From Macrostomum lignano (taxonomy: Eukaryota): a stretch of DNA of 64,000 nt. Below are positions 1 to 13,886 of the stretch, one piece after another; the first letter of the stretch is position 1, and every line of letters begins with the position of its first letter. Below the pieces are notes generated by a model that worked only from the letters and a program-made list of their open reading frames with translations, was not told the DNA's origin and ran no database searches. The position numbers were made by a program, and so were the translations under genes. The stretch covers positions 248,001 to 312,000 of the forward strand of contig NIVC01000126.1 of NCBI GenBank assembly GCA_002269645.1, given 5' to 3'.

Positions 1-441
1 CTATGCCAACCATCCACTGCTGCTCTGTTGTTGAGTGGCGAGGGTCGGCTTTGAAGGGATGGCAGAGCTGGAGACTGAGCCTACCTGGTTCTCTACCCTG
101 TTTTTCTCTTTCCAGCTCTTTTCTCTTTTGCCCATATTTTGCGAGCAGTATGCCATCCTCGCCGTCGCCCAAGTCTCTCTCCTTCTCCCACTTCAGCGAG
201 GAACAATGAGTCTGCCTTGCATCACGTCCTGCACACGGCCTTCAATCCGCGGCAGTCCCCGTGTTGATTGTCAATACAATCAATAGCTGCGTATTTGCTA
301 GGCCAGCAGCTATAGGAGGCTGCTGGATCGGATTGGGAGAGGGAGAGGGGTGGAGAAGAGGGGAGAGATGGAAACCAGGCATACTGTATTCATATGTTCC
401 GTGAAACATATTCAAGTATATACTGGAGATGTCTCTGAGTT

Positions 442-684
<243 letters not shown>

Positions 685-1682
685 TTATTTCTGTTAGTTT
701 GTTTGTTCCATCTTTATTTCATTCTATGAAAATATTTTTAATGCTACTGACAGTAATACAGCTATGACTGATTTTTTTCAAAAGTAAAAAGCGAATGGAT
801 TGCATGCACATGGATCTCTAAGCTTTCAATCCTTTGAGCAGCAGGAAGAGGGTGAATTGATTGACTTGTTAAAATTCCACTGCATTCTGCGAGGTTCTTA
901 GAGACTTTGGGGCCCCCAGGTGCAAGTAGCCCACTCTATCGTATCCATTATTCCATAAAGCGGAAGTTTATGAACGCTTAAACCGCTCGCTTGAGTATGC
1001 TATAGGCTAGCCTCATAGTCGTAAACCTGTCCGCGGCTTACAACTTAATATACTTCAAGCTTAATATACAAATTTTACTGAAGTTTAACTGATGTTTTCC
1101 TGCACTCTATAAATTTTCGTAGGCCAAAAATACCTTTAAATGATAAAATTTGGCATGAATTAGCTTGAGTTTAGCGACAATTAGGACTAAAAAGTGGTAT
1201 CTGCTTGGTCTTGGTGCCGCTCGTGCGAACAGAGTGACCCTTGTTAACCTTTTCTAGCTGTACCACAGATGCGGGTTAGCAATTAAATGTAGAGACAGAG
1301 CATTCCTGCCAATGACCTTGGTAATAAGGTAATAGCACTTTGGGCACGCAACAGTCATGATAAATTGAGCTTTTGGCCTCAACGAAAAGACATTAGAATC
1401 CACCTAGTTAATGCACAGGAGAAAGTTTAAACAATTTTAAGTTATTTGCTCTGAAGCTCTTAAGCATAGCTGCAGGTATGTGCCTAGCTCTTGCCAGATG
1501 GCAGCTGATAACAAACTTGTGAGTCCATACGCTGCTTGAGCTGGACTGATAAAATCTGGTTTAGCTTAACTCACCTGCGTTCTGTAGGAGCTGGTGGCAC
1601 CAGGGACAGACAAGAGAAAAAAGTGCTCGTTAGTTGCTCTCGAAATCGAAATCTGACAGTTTATTCAATAATTTCTCTACAG

Positions 1683-4600
1683 ATGGCCATCCGACAGCTT
1701 GTAGCGTGGATTCTGTTGGCTCTGGCAGTAATCTCGTGTCAATTCTGCGGCTTCGCCAATGGCGAATTCTGCCAGAAAGTTAATACAACAGGTGAGGCTT
1801 GCACCATGTTTTATAGGGAGTTCCTCAGCTACACGAGGTTCTCCCGAGGTTCTGGTAGCTTTTACTAGATTATTCTTCGGTACAACGTCTGTTATACAAG
1901 GTTCTGATAGCTTTGTCTTGATGTTCAATCGGTACAACGTCTGTTATGCAAGGTTCTGGTAGCTTTGTCTTGACGGTTCAACTGCCACGCATTGAAGACT
2001 ACTAAGGCTCGTAGAGAGCTTAATCTTGAAAGCATACATATATTTTAACGAATATACGCTCGTAATTATCCTGAAGCAATCCTAATTTTCTCATTTTATT
2101 TTCATTCTTTTCTTTTTCAGAGGGCGTCGGCCTGCCCTACATTCCACCATCCTACCAGACTAGGATCGAGATGAACATCCTCACTAAGAATCAGACTTAC
2201 GAATTTCAGGAATGGTTCGATGGTTACCTAGGAAACGTGAGGATCCGACGCTACCAAAAAAATGGAGAGATTGACGACTATATTTATAACAATGCCACCA
2301 GAGAGATCTATGTTATATTCAGTGAGTCTGCTGTCATACTTGCACTTTAAATTATGGTAATACAATTATCAGCATGTGTTTCGTGCAACCACAGATGACC
2401 TGGTCTGCCTCGTGATCAACATGACTGGCAAGACTGATTTGGATCTACTGTTCGGCGTAGATGGTAGACTGCTGCCATCATCGGCACTAATGCTTAGATT
2501 TAGCAAAGAATTTGGAATGGTAAGTAAAGATACCCGTACCCTTGAAAGAATTTTATTTGTTTGTACATTTAAAATATTTCAACAAGTAACCTTGGGGTCG
2601 GTCTAATATTTGACAGGAGTACCGCAACAGATCGATAGTTCGCGGCATCACGGTGGACTATTGGTACAGTTGTCAGACTTGGAAGGAACGAAAGGCGGTT
2701 TTTGAAGTGCACTGGTACTTTTCTGGTAAGTTAGGGCCCGAAAAGATGCTTACAACATTTCTGTGACCCTTTTAAGTTACTTTATAGTGCAGTTAAACAC
2801 GATACAATATTTTTAAAGGTCTTCATCAGATTTAACTTTCCAGTAGATTTCAGCAAAATTTTATTCCAAAACTTCGGTAGAATTTGATGACCTTCAGGTA
2901 TTACTTGAATGTTACATAAGCTCACTACACGTATGTAAGTCTAGTGGGCGGAGCAGTTCAGCGGCAAACGCGTATGAGTCTCGCGTCACGACCCCAGGTT
3001 CGATTCCGTACGAAGACGTGCGTTGTCGTGCGATTCACAGTCATGACTGCTCAGAAGGCCCAGAAAGTGTACATGCCTGACTGATTAGAAAGTCAGAGGG
3101 CCGCTGTATACCCTGCGTGAGCGTGTGTGTGAGTGCGTGCCTATATGTAGAGTATTGGCGCGCTTGTCTGTGCTCAGGGGTCAGCGAAATGCGCAGAATC
3201 GCCATCAACGTTTCACTGAAGGCGTTGCGCCAGGGTTGTTCGCAGTTCTCCTACAATTATTAAACTTATTACGAAGTATTGTGTAAACCAAGTTTTTACT
3301 GTGACTCTTACGTGACTGTTGCAGCCAGCAGCTGGAACACGCCGTACGATGTAAACCTGCCAGTTCGAGCGGAAGTCATTGGCGAGGCCGGTGACGTTAG
3401 CAATCCGAGAAAGTTTCACATGATTTACGACTTTGTGTCGTTTCGCGATGTACTGATGGCTGAAAATACCATCTTTGACGTGAGTTTTGGTATTCAGGGA
3501 TTTTTTTACTGCTGTAGGTCTAGCTAGTACTGTACTAATCTGTTTTTGGCCAATGCTGCTTACTGTGCTCTTGACGTGGGACGACAGTGCTCGAGGACCG
3601 TTTGACGTGTCATTTAGGGCATCATGTCTTTGCCAGCCTATTGGGAGGGCCCCCTTGCCCCCTGGGTACGAGGAAAGGGAGCAAAAGGAAGGGACTCGGA
3701 CAGGATGTCTCAGCGTTTCCAATCGACTGTTTCAATTAAGTTATTGATTTAACCTCGTGGCTCCGTTCCGATGTTAATTTGGCATGCGTTGAGCCAGGAT
3801 GGCCTCATAGCCCTCCTGCAAGTAATATTATTGTTGCTATCATTAATATAAATCTCTAGATTATTATCTCAACCTGTCAATTTAAAGGTTGAAAAAATTT
3901 AATGCTTTTTTCAATCGGTCAACAGGGAAACTTCTACAATTTCAAAGTTCATAACGTCATTTGAATTTTCCAATCAATAACTCCGCAACTCAATCTGTAG
4001 ACCCCAACCGGAGTGTACTGCGAAGATCGGATGCAGGTACAGAAGCCGCCAGAGCTGCCAGCTGTGATGAGCTACACCCAGGAGATGCTGGTGCACGATC
4101 CCGCCCTGGAGATGGTGCAGTACGGCAACGTGTACTACGATGGGTCGCAATTCTTGGTCAAGTACCAGTTCAGAGACCCCAATGGAGATACCAAACCGCC
4201 ATTCTATAATCCTGGCTCAATGACTGTTATTCAGGATTTCACTACTGGTAAGTAGAAACCATTAACAAACGAAATTTCCCTATTTATGAATTAAGCAAAC
4301 TAAGCATATTTGGTTTAGAATCGAATGTTTCGCTTAATATTGCGGTTTCCAGATACAAAAGCAATTAGCAATGCTTTGATTGAAGCAGACTAACAAACAG
4401 GCTATTTAATCATGCACGCTTTGAGCACAAATTGGAAAAAAAATAAATTAAAAAAGAAGTTTCTCATGAAGAGGGATTGCGTCCTGAAAATCTATTGATG
4501 TGCGATCACACGAAGGCTGCCATTACTACGAGTATACAGAGTCTTTTCAATTTAATTAGGACTAACTAACGTCATCGAGAAAAATTGGGTTGACAATGAG

Positions 4601-7600
4601 GACCCCACGACAGTTCTACCCCTTGAGAGTGAGGGGATCGGCGATATGGGCGCAGTCATAAAGGTGCCAAAAGTTACAATACAAGCAAGCTGAGCTGCCA
4701 TCTCAAAAATCATTTAAACAGGTATCTCCTATTTTATCGACGACCTGATCGGCAACTGCACCGACAAGCCGATCTCTAACGACTTCTTCGATACTGAAGA
4801 TCCACCGATCAAGGACCGGCCTGGCTGGGACATTATCGAGCTGAGAAGTCCCAAGGATTTGTTCAGGATCGATGAGACCTATCAGTTTACTGGCAAGGTA
4901 AAGAAGGTCTTACAGTTTACAGTAACTAACTTTTATCAGTAAAGTTGCGATTGCAAGCAATTTTACTGACGAGGAGTCAAAGCGTGCAATTAGCGCCCAG
5001 CTTGAGGGCCAAGCCCCAAATGCACAGTGAAGTGTACATGCCTAATAACGATAAATAAAGTTAAGGCCGCTGTACACTCCTGTGTGAGTGTGCGCCTGTG
5101 CGTATGACTGCGTACGTATCCGCGCGCTTGTATGCCTGCTCAGGGGAGTCGGCGGAATGGGCAGTAATTCCTGTCGCCGGTTGTGTGACAATGTCCCTTT
5201 CAACATTTTTAGCGCGTTGTTCGCGGCATTCCAATTCACCGATACATATCGCTGCGAAAGGACTATGAAATCAAAGGTCGGCCGGGCATGAACTTCACTT
5301 TTGAATACGAGATGCTTGATGTGAGTCTGGGATGGGGGCACAGGCCCTGACTTTGCCAACACTATGACAGTTTACAATTATACCTTTTGCTTTGGGATAT
5401 AGTTAGCCTTCGTAGGTAGAGTGCCAGACCCATCTGGTAATATCCTGATCATTAGTCAAACTCATATTGAAATCGTTTCGTCTTTCTATTGTTTTTTTTC
5501 AGCCTCGCGTGTCCGAAGTCGTTCTGGGAAAGAACAAAATCAACCAAGGGAAAAATATCCCTGTACAGTTGAGGATTACCAACTACAACACTCTGGGCCA
5601 AGTGAGTTTGGGGGCCTTTTTGTACTTTTGTTTATGTTGAGCAAGAAGGTTGCACCGAAATCAATAAATAGATTTAGATAACAGACAAGGCATCTTGACA
5701 TGGGAGCTGCATGATTCTACAGCTAAACACCTCTTAAACAGGGGTAAAAAAATATATTACCGCAACATTTCAGATTGATGATCCGACTTTTAACTACCAG
5801 GAGGTTTACAATTTCTACAATTTCGACACCCAAGTTGAACCCGACGCTGAGAAAGATTTTGATCAGCTTCAACCCTACGACTTGGACGTGACCCAGTGCT
5901 ACTCCAAGGCTGAGAGAAAGAACATTCTTATTCGATTCTTGAATGGTAAGGGGACAACCTACAACCGAGTGATCAGCTGACTCCCATAGACAACCGAGTG
6001 ATCAGCTGACTTCCATAGACAACCGAGTGATCAGCTGACTTCCATAGACAACCGAATGATCAGCTGACTTCCATAGACAATCGAGTGATCAGCTGACTCC
6101 CATAGAAAACTGATTGATTAGCTGACTCCTATAGACAACTGATTGATCAGCTGACTCCCATAGACAACTGATTGATCAGCTGACTCCTATAGACAACTGG
6201 TTGATCAGCTGACTCCCATAGACAACCGAATGATCAGCTGACTTCCATAGACAATCGATTGATCAGCTGACTCCCATAGACAACTGATTGATTAGCTGAC
6301 TCCTATAGACAATCGATTGATCAGCTGACTCCCATAGACAACTGATTGATTAGCTGACTCCTATAGACAACTGATTGATCAGCTGACTCCCATAGACAAC
6401 TGATTGATTAGCTGACTCCTATAGACAACTGATTGATCAGCTGACTCCTATAGACAATCGATTGATCAGCTGACTCCCATTGACAACTGATTGATTAGCT
6501 GACTCCTATAGACAATCGATTGATCAGCTGACTCCCATAGACAACTGATTGATTAGCTGACTCCTATAGACAACTGATTGATCAGCTGACTCCCATAGAC
6601 AACTGATTGATTAGCTGACTCCTATAGACAACTGAGTGATCAGCTGACTCCCATAGACAACTGAGTGATCAGCTGACTCCCATAGACAACTGAGTGATCA
6701 GCTGACTCCCATAGACAACTGAGTGATCAGCTGACTTCTATAGATTACTCAATGCTCAGAGAACTCCCAAAGATTTCTGATTGCTGACTATGACTATTTT
6801 TGCCTATGGATGTAACAAATAGACACAAATTCTATCTATGACCACAGGCGGTATCTACGACAAGTACGTGAAGGGCAGTCAAAATTTATTCATCCGCCGG
6901 GCCACCAAAGTACTGGCCAACGCTGACCTGGGTTTTGTCAATCCGATCAGATTTCAGCGAGTAAGACTCGACTATGACGATGTATTCATCTATTTAATCT
7001 TCACCCTGCTAGATGGGCCACATCCGTACGGTGAGGACGGAATCCGCTGCATCTATTGCATACTTAATTACATTTTAGCTGGTGATTCTACTGTCAGGGG
7101 AGTATAAGAGGATAATCTGAAACAGACTTAAGGCCAACATTGATATTTGCATTTGCGCGACAAGAACCTGTACGAGCTGCTGTGCTCTTTGGATAAAAAT
7201 TCATTCGTGAATTAATAATTGTGCGATTCAGCTTGGCTTTAAATACTGAGATCTCCTTTCATCATTTTTGAATAGGGTTCTTTAAGTAATGCTCAAGATT
7301 TCGGTTCATGGACTTATCAAAATCGAGATCTGGATTGGAAACGGAGCTCTAAGGCACTAGGGGGCTTTGGCACCAGGGGCTTTAGCACCAGGGGCTTTAG
7401 CACCAGTGGCTTTAGCACCAGGGGCTTTAGCACCAGTGGCTTTAGCACCAGTGGCTTTAGCACCAGGGGCTTTAGCACCAGGGCTTTAGCACCAGGGGCT
7501 TTAGCACCAGGGGCTTTAGCACCAGGGGCTTTAGCACCAGGGGCTTTAGCACCAGGGGCTTTAGCACCAGGGGCTTTAGCACCAGGGGCTTTAGCACCAG

Positions 7601-10600
7601 TGGCTTTAGCACCAGGGGCTTTAGCACCAGGGGCTTTAGCACCAGGGGCTTTAGCACCAGGGGCTTTAGCACCAGGGGCTTTAGCACCAGGGGCTTTAGC
7701 ACCAGGGGCTTTAGCACCAGGGGCTTTAGCACCAGGGGCTTTAGCACCAGGGGCTTTAGCACCAGGGGCTTTAGCACCAGGGGCTTTAGCACCAGGGGCT
7801 TTAGCACCAGTGGCTTTAGCACCAGGGGCTTTAGCACCAGGGGCTTTAGCACCAGGGGCTTTAGCACCAGGGGCTTTAGCACCAGGGGCTTTAGCACCAG
7901 GGGCTTTAGCACCAGGGGCTTTAGCACCAGGGGCTTTAGCACCAGGGGCTTTAGCACCAGGGGCTTTAGCACCAGGGGCTTTAGCACCAGGGGCTTTAGC
8001 ACCAGGGGCTTTAGCACCAGGGGCTTTAGCACCAGGGGCTTTAGCACCAGGGGCTTTAGCACCAGGGGCTTTAGCACCAGGGGCTTTAGCACCAGGGGCT
8101 TTAGCACCAGGGGCTTTAGCACCAGGGGCTTTAGCACCAGGGGCTTTAGCACCAGGGGCTTTAGCACCAGGGGCTTTAGCACCAGGGGCTTTAGCACCAG
8201 GGGCTTTAGCACCAGGGGCTTTAGCACCAGGGGCTTTAGCACCAGGGGCTTTAGCACCAGGGGCTTTAGAACCAGGGGCTTTAGCACCAGGGGCTTTAGC
8301 ACCAGGGGCTTTAGCACCAGGGGCTTTAGCACGTCTTACCTGTTTGATTATAATTTCAAATAATTTAATAACTTATTTAAAAAACGGCATTGCAGCCCAG
8401 TTCAACCGACTCACTGGACCAAACCGGTACATTGAAAGCGCCGAGCAGACTGCCAATGTAGCCAGCGAGCTGGACTGTCTTCGCCGCTGCAACAGCTTTT
8501 TGATGCCGCCCTGCAACAGTGTGGCCTTCTGCCCCGGCTCGAAATCCGGCTCGAACTGCCTGTTGAGCTCGTCTTTCAAAAAGGACACGGAGAACCCGGA
8601 TAAGACTCATCAGTGTTCCGTGCTCATTCGTGAGTAGAAGCTGTTTGAGTAGCGGAAATCTTATCGCTATTTATTGCTTTTGTTCGTTTTTTGCTATTTT
8701 AAAGTGACCAAGGATATTTGCATAACCGAGGAGAAGAACATTCCACCTTTTTACGGCTCGTAGACAGGCGAGTCACCTGCTGATAATAGAACAGCAATTA
8801 TACCTGCATGATATAGGTCAGTCACGTGCTGATAATAGAACAGCAATTATACTTGTATGATATAGGCCAGTCACCTGCTGATAATAGAACAGCAATTATA
8901 CCTGCATGATATAGGCCAGTCACCTGCTGATAATAGAACAGCAATTATACTTGTATGATATAGGCCAGTCACCTGCTGATAATAGAACAGCAATTATACC
9001 TGCATGATATAGGTCAGTCACGTGCTGATAATAGAACAGCAATTATACTTGTATGATATAGGCCAGTCACCTGCTGATAATAGAACAGCAATTATACCTG
9101 TATGATATAGGTCAGTCACGTGCTGATAATAGAACAGCAATTATACTTGTATGATATAGGTCAGTCACGTGCTGATAATAGAACAGCAATTATACTTGTA
9201 TGATATAGGTCAGTCACCTGCTGATAATAGAACAGCAATTATACCTGCATGATATAGGTCAGTCACGTGCTGATAATAGAACAGCAATTATACTTGTATG
9301 ATATAGGCCAGTCACCTGCTGATAATAGAACAGCAATTATACCTGTATGATATAGGTCAGTCACGTGCTGATAATAGAACAGCAATTATACCTGTATGAT
9401 ATAGGTCAGTCACCTGCTGATAATAGAACAGCAATTATACCTGTATGATAGGTGAGTCACGTGCTGATAAGAGCAGCGAGTCTTTTATGGAATGGTTCCG
9501 ACTGATTAATTTGTAAGCAAAGGTAGAAAAAAAACTAATTCATTAATTAATTAGAGAAACTTCAAAGAAGATCACCGCCAATGTGATTTTCAGGCCCGGT
9601 ATCAGTGATCCGTCCAGACGCCCTTGAGCTATCTTTGGAGACGGCATTCGACCTTCTAGTGACCTACGTTGACAGCAGCCTATTCCGGGTTCCAATGGAG
9701 AAAGTCGCACCGGAAACGGGAAACATCGACATTGTCAACATCACCGCTCTCGATATTGAACAATTCGAAGTTCGACCAAACGTAGACCTGGCTCTGACTG
9801 GCAGACACCTGTTCCAGTTCGAAGTGACCAAAAGTGCGGGAATGCCGCCAACCAGAGCCATGCTGGATGCCCTGTCTGTTGACGACTGCGCCGAAGCCTG
9901 CCTTGGCAACGCAGATTTCGAGTGCAAATCGTTCACCTACTGCTACAGCCTGGGCCAGTGCCTGCTCAATGACGCCTCGCCGAGGGAGCAGCCTGACAAG
10001 GTTGTGCAGAGAGGACTGTGCAACCTGTACGATAGTGAGTTACCAGTGCTAGCTGAGTCGTGAGACACCAAGACACTTAGACATCAAGGCACTAAGACAT
10101 CAAGACATTCGGACATCAAGACACTCGGACATAAAGACATTCAGACATCAAGACACTCAGACATCAAGACATTCAGAGACAAAGACATTCAGACATCAAG
10201 ACACTCAGACATCAAGACACTCAGACACCAAGACACTCAGAAATCAAGACACCCAGACACCAAGACACTCGGACATCAAGACATTCAGACATCAAGACAC
10301 TCAGACATCAAGACACTCAGACATCAAGACACTCGGACATCAAGACACTCAGACATCAAGACACTCAGACATCAAGACACTCAGACATCAAGACACTCAG
10401 ACATCAAGACACTCAGAGACAAAGACACTCAGACATCAAGACACTCAGACACTAATAAAGGTACACAGGTAGAGAGTTGCTCAACCACAAACTCCCTTCC
10501 CCAGAGACGGAGCTCGGTCTGTTCACCAAAGAGCCGGGCCTCTCCCGCCTGATCGACGTGCACAAAGACCTGCAGCTGGTGGACACAGAACGGGAGTGCG

Positions 10601-12961
10601 CAGCCGCCTGTGTCGGCTCGAGTCCCTCAAAGCCGTGTCGCAGTTTCGACATCTGCGATTTCGGCGAAGGCCTGAAGAAATTCTGCTATTTGAGCGCCAG
10701 CCACAAATCAGACGATTCGGTGAAATCAGAGCCCAACCTGAACTGTACTCACTATTCGAGGTCATTCACCACGGATTTCAAGCAGCAGTTCAAGGTGTCT
10801 CAACCGGACCTGTCAGCTTACACGGCCACATTCTCCGACCTCAACCTGGATTATTGTTCTCGTCGATGCGTTGAAGACTATGGCGAAAAATGCAATGGAT
10901 TTTATTACTGCGAGCCGTACAATGGGAACGAAGTGAGGTCTACTTGTAGCATTCGAGTGCCCGGGGTGGCCTTGGTAACTAAACCTAGCGGCTCAAGCGG
11001 AGTGCCGTCCTGCGCCTACTACAGTCGTGAGTTCTCAATGCAGACATCTAAACCCTCACCGGTTCTCAATTCAGACATCTAAACCCTCACCGGTTCTCAA
11101 TTCAGACATCTAAACCCTCACCGGTTCTCAGTTCAGACATCTAAACCCTCACCGGTTCTCAATTCAGACATCTAAACCCTCACCAGTTCTCAGTTCAGGC
11201 ATCTAAACCCTCACCGGTTCTCAGTTCAGACATCTAAACCCTCACCGGTTCTCAATTCAGACATCTAAACCCTCACCGGTTCTCAATTCAGGCATCTAAA
11301 CCCTCACCGATTCTCGGATAAGACATCTAAACCCTCACCGGCTCTTAATTCAGGCATCTAAACCCTCACCGGCTCTCAATTCAGACATCTAAACCCTAGC
11401 AAAGTAACTGAGGAATATCTCAACTGTACAAGGGTAGTTGATTTAATGAAATTGCAAAATTGCAGCACGCAGTAAACCCCGGCGACCTTTATGGATATTA
11501 GCAGCGGCTCAAAAGTTAGAAAGGAGCAATGAGATTATTGTCCATGTTACGGGCTACTTATCACCTGATCCTGTGCGGTGCTACTCATAATTATACTAAT
11601 TCCCTTAGCAATATCACATCTCTTCTCATACTGGACACATTATTTCGGTACAATCGCAGGTCACTAATATTAATTTGTTAATTGAATATTGAGACACCCT
11701 TGGACAGCGTAGAGAGTGTACACTGCATGAGACAGACATTTTTGGCCATTATTCATTATTCAACAGTTCTTCCCCAATGTACATTTACCCTATGTACAAA
11801 CAAATTTCATCACGTGACCGCTTTCCCGCGTTTTATCATCTATATCAACCCACACATCGTTACATGGTTTTCCAATCCAGTTGCCCAATACTCAAATCAA
11901 GTTCAAGCATAGCTCCATATCAAGTGCATAAAGTTCAGTTTATCTTACCATAAATGGTGAATCGTGAATCAGCCTTTGAACTGAGTTATTTGCACTTGAG
12001 TCTACTATTTTGCTGCTTGAACTAAAAAGCTTGTATTTGAATTAGACTGAAAAAGGAATGCAATAATGAAACCTTTTGCTGGGCAAAGTACATGTAACTA
12101 CAATATTACAATGGTATGCGTGCTGCCTGATGTACACCCTGTGTGAGCGTGTGCCTGATGTACATCATTTTTGAGCTATATAAAACACTATAAATAGTTT
12201 CTTACCGAATTTAAATTTTTATTTAAAGACTCCAAACTTATTCCTGAGTAACGGTAAGGCGAGCTGGTGAGCAGAGTCACACGAGTCACGCATGTCATCA
12301 CTGCATGCAGAGATATTCGTGATACTTGAATTGTAAATAAATCTTTCTTTTCGACAGCCAGAAATCCACTTTGTTAAGATCACATAGCTGAGAGAAGATT
12401 TTGCGGTTTTACTTTCATCATAGTCGATATTTTATTACCAACAATCATGAAAGCTGTTTCGAAAAAGAATTAAAATTAACTCGAAAATTCAATTTTCAAG
12501 AATAATAATTACTCTGATATTTTTCTGCCTTTACATGGTGCATGTGTCAAAAATCACCGGTATTTACTGGTTCGTCACCGGTATTTACTGGTTCTTCACC
12601 ATTCTTTATCGATTCCTTATCGATCTTTTCTGGTTCCTCACCGGTCTTCACCGGTTCCTCATGGGTCTTTACCGGTTCCTCACCGGTCTTTACCGGTTAC
12701 TCCCCGGTCTTTACCGGTTCCCCACCGGTCTTTACTTTAATTCTAGGTGAATACGACACCGATGGCTCAATCTGGATTGAACGAAACGACAGCGTCAACC
12801 CGGGCGACACCATCGGCCTGTCAGCGGTGGCCACCGTGCTGGCAGTGTTGGGAATTCTACTGGTCAGCATCCTGGTTGGCATGGGCTTCATCGGAATCTA
12901 CCTGTACTGCAAAAACCGCCCACTGCAGATGGAGGAGCCAGAAGTACAGTTCAGCCGTTGA
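1683..12961 (+). CDS. Type I membrane protein, ~1031 aa: signal peptide, two LolA/ependymin-like repeats, four PAN/apple domains, TM, short tail (15 exons)
   Basis: Hand-spliced phase-consistent GT-AG exons: 1683-1791, 2121-2321, 2395-2519, 2617-2725, 3325-3479, 4001-4247, 4722-4897, 5213-5320, 5503-5601, 5774-5945, 6848-7030, 8396-8629, 9594-10034, 10505-11026, 12747-12961 (3096 nt, stop-free). Signal peptide [22 protein letters not shown]; repeated VRGI motifs ([21 protein letters not shown]); PAN Cys patterns (DCLRRC..CNSVAFC, DCAEACL..CKSFTYC, ECAAACV..CRSFDIC, YCSRRC..CNGFYYC); [27 protein letters not shown]. The LolA-like fold label is inference. Confidence 0.85.
2944..3230 (+). mobile_element. 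tRNA-derived SINE, family A
   Basis: A-box-like AGTTCAGCGGCAAACGCG and B-box GGTTCGATTCC; body (GTACATGCCTGA..TTAGAAAGTCAG..GTGAGCGTGTG..GAAGGCGTTGCGC) recurs at 15168-15430 and partly at 5020-5190. Confidence 0.7.
5020..5190 (+). mobile_element. Headless copy of SINE family A
   Basis: GTGTACATGCCT..GGCCGCTGTACAC..TGTGTGAGTGTG..CGCGCTTG..TGCTCAGGGG matches the body of 2944-3230. Confidence 0.55.
5961..6744. repeat. 29-bp intronic minisatellite (ACAACTGATTGATCAGCTGACTCCCATAG)
   Basis: About 27 tandem units in intron 10 of the PAN gene. Confidence 0.95.
7355..8332. repeat. 15-bp intronic minisatellite (TTAGCACCAGGGGCT)
   Basis: About 65 nearly identical units; source of the ALAPG and LKPLV ORFs. 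Confidence 0.97.
8769..9475. repeat. 49-bp intronic minisatellite
   Basis: Unit AGTCACCTGCTGATAATAGAACAGCAATTATACCTGCATGATATAGGTC, period 8771->8820, about 14 copies. Confidence 0.95.
10064..10452. repeat. 16-bp intronic minisatellite (GACATCAAGACACTCA)
   Basis: About 24 tandem units. Confidence 0.93.
11031..11398. repeat. 31-bp intronic minisatellite (CAGACATCTAAACCCTCACCGGTTCTCAATT)
   Basis: About 12 units starting right after the exon 14 donor. Confidence 0.93.
12555..12733. repeat. Degenerate 21-bp repeat (ACCGGTCTTTACCGGTTCCTC)
   Basis: About 8 units just before the last acceptor of the PAN gene. Confidence 0.8.
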
Positions 12962-13886
12962 CAATCTGCGTCTGTTAATAAATACTGGAGGGACCTTTGA
13001 AAGTGATTTTAATTGTGTTTCTTTTCATAGAAACATTTTTCATTTTGACATAGAAATTATGAATGAATTCATCATTTCCTATAACCGTGTTACTAAAATA
13101 GATTCATTGCGAATGATTTCAATTGACGTTGATTTTTTTGTTACGTAAATTTACAATACTTGCGTATACTTGCGTAATGTGTATTGAGTCCTGCACGCTT
13201 TCATCCATTCATTTATTATCATCATTCATATTTTTAAAGGCCAATAGATTTTCTTAAAGTGTTTTAATTGTTCTGCGACAAGAATAAAACAAATTTAACA
13301 AATTTATTTATCTCTGCAAAATATTATAAACAAAGAAAGAAGTTTACGTTTTAAAAGTTAATGTTGACGTAAAACATCGTATTAAAACAAATTTCTTAAT
13401 ACGAGAAAAGATTTTCAATTTTGAAAGAAATTTTAGAAACGTTTGTGAAATAAAATAATTCTACTTTGATCAGTTCTGTAAAATTTCAGACTGAATGAAA
13501 GCAATATTGTTATGAAGTTTTAAATAGTTTTTTCCAACCCCAACAATGTAATTGCATGTAATAATATAATTACTTACAACAAAAGACCTACAGGTCAGTT
13601 TTAGATGCAGTCGGTGCTTGCGATTATTTATTCATAATTGAATATCTAAATAGTCCTGTGTGCCTATGCAGTACACCCGCCAAGCAGTCAGAATCTGCCG
13701 AGTTTATGCTCGAGAAAAGGCAGTAGTACCTGCTAATACACCAGAATTATGATAAAGTTTAAACAGAACTTCTGGGCATGGAAAACTTTAGTTCGCCTTT
13801 GAGGACAATAAAGAAATTAAAACATTATTTGATAGTGAAACCATTCTAGCTAATTCGCGATCCAACTACTAATCTGATAACTGCCG

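Noticed and set aside
1-290. Short ORFs at the left edge
   Set aside because: No recognisable motif or splice context; possibly a TE or neighbouring-gene fragment.
1876-1975. Two ~52-bp tandem copies in intron 1
   Set aside because: Simple local duplication with no further structure.
12542-12746. (VFTGSSP)n in frame with the last PAN-gene exon
   Set aside because: There is no AG between the upstream stop at 12503 and the real acceptor at 12745-46, so it cannot be spliced in.
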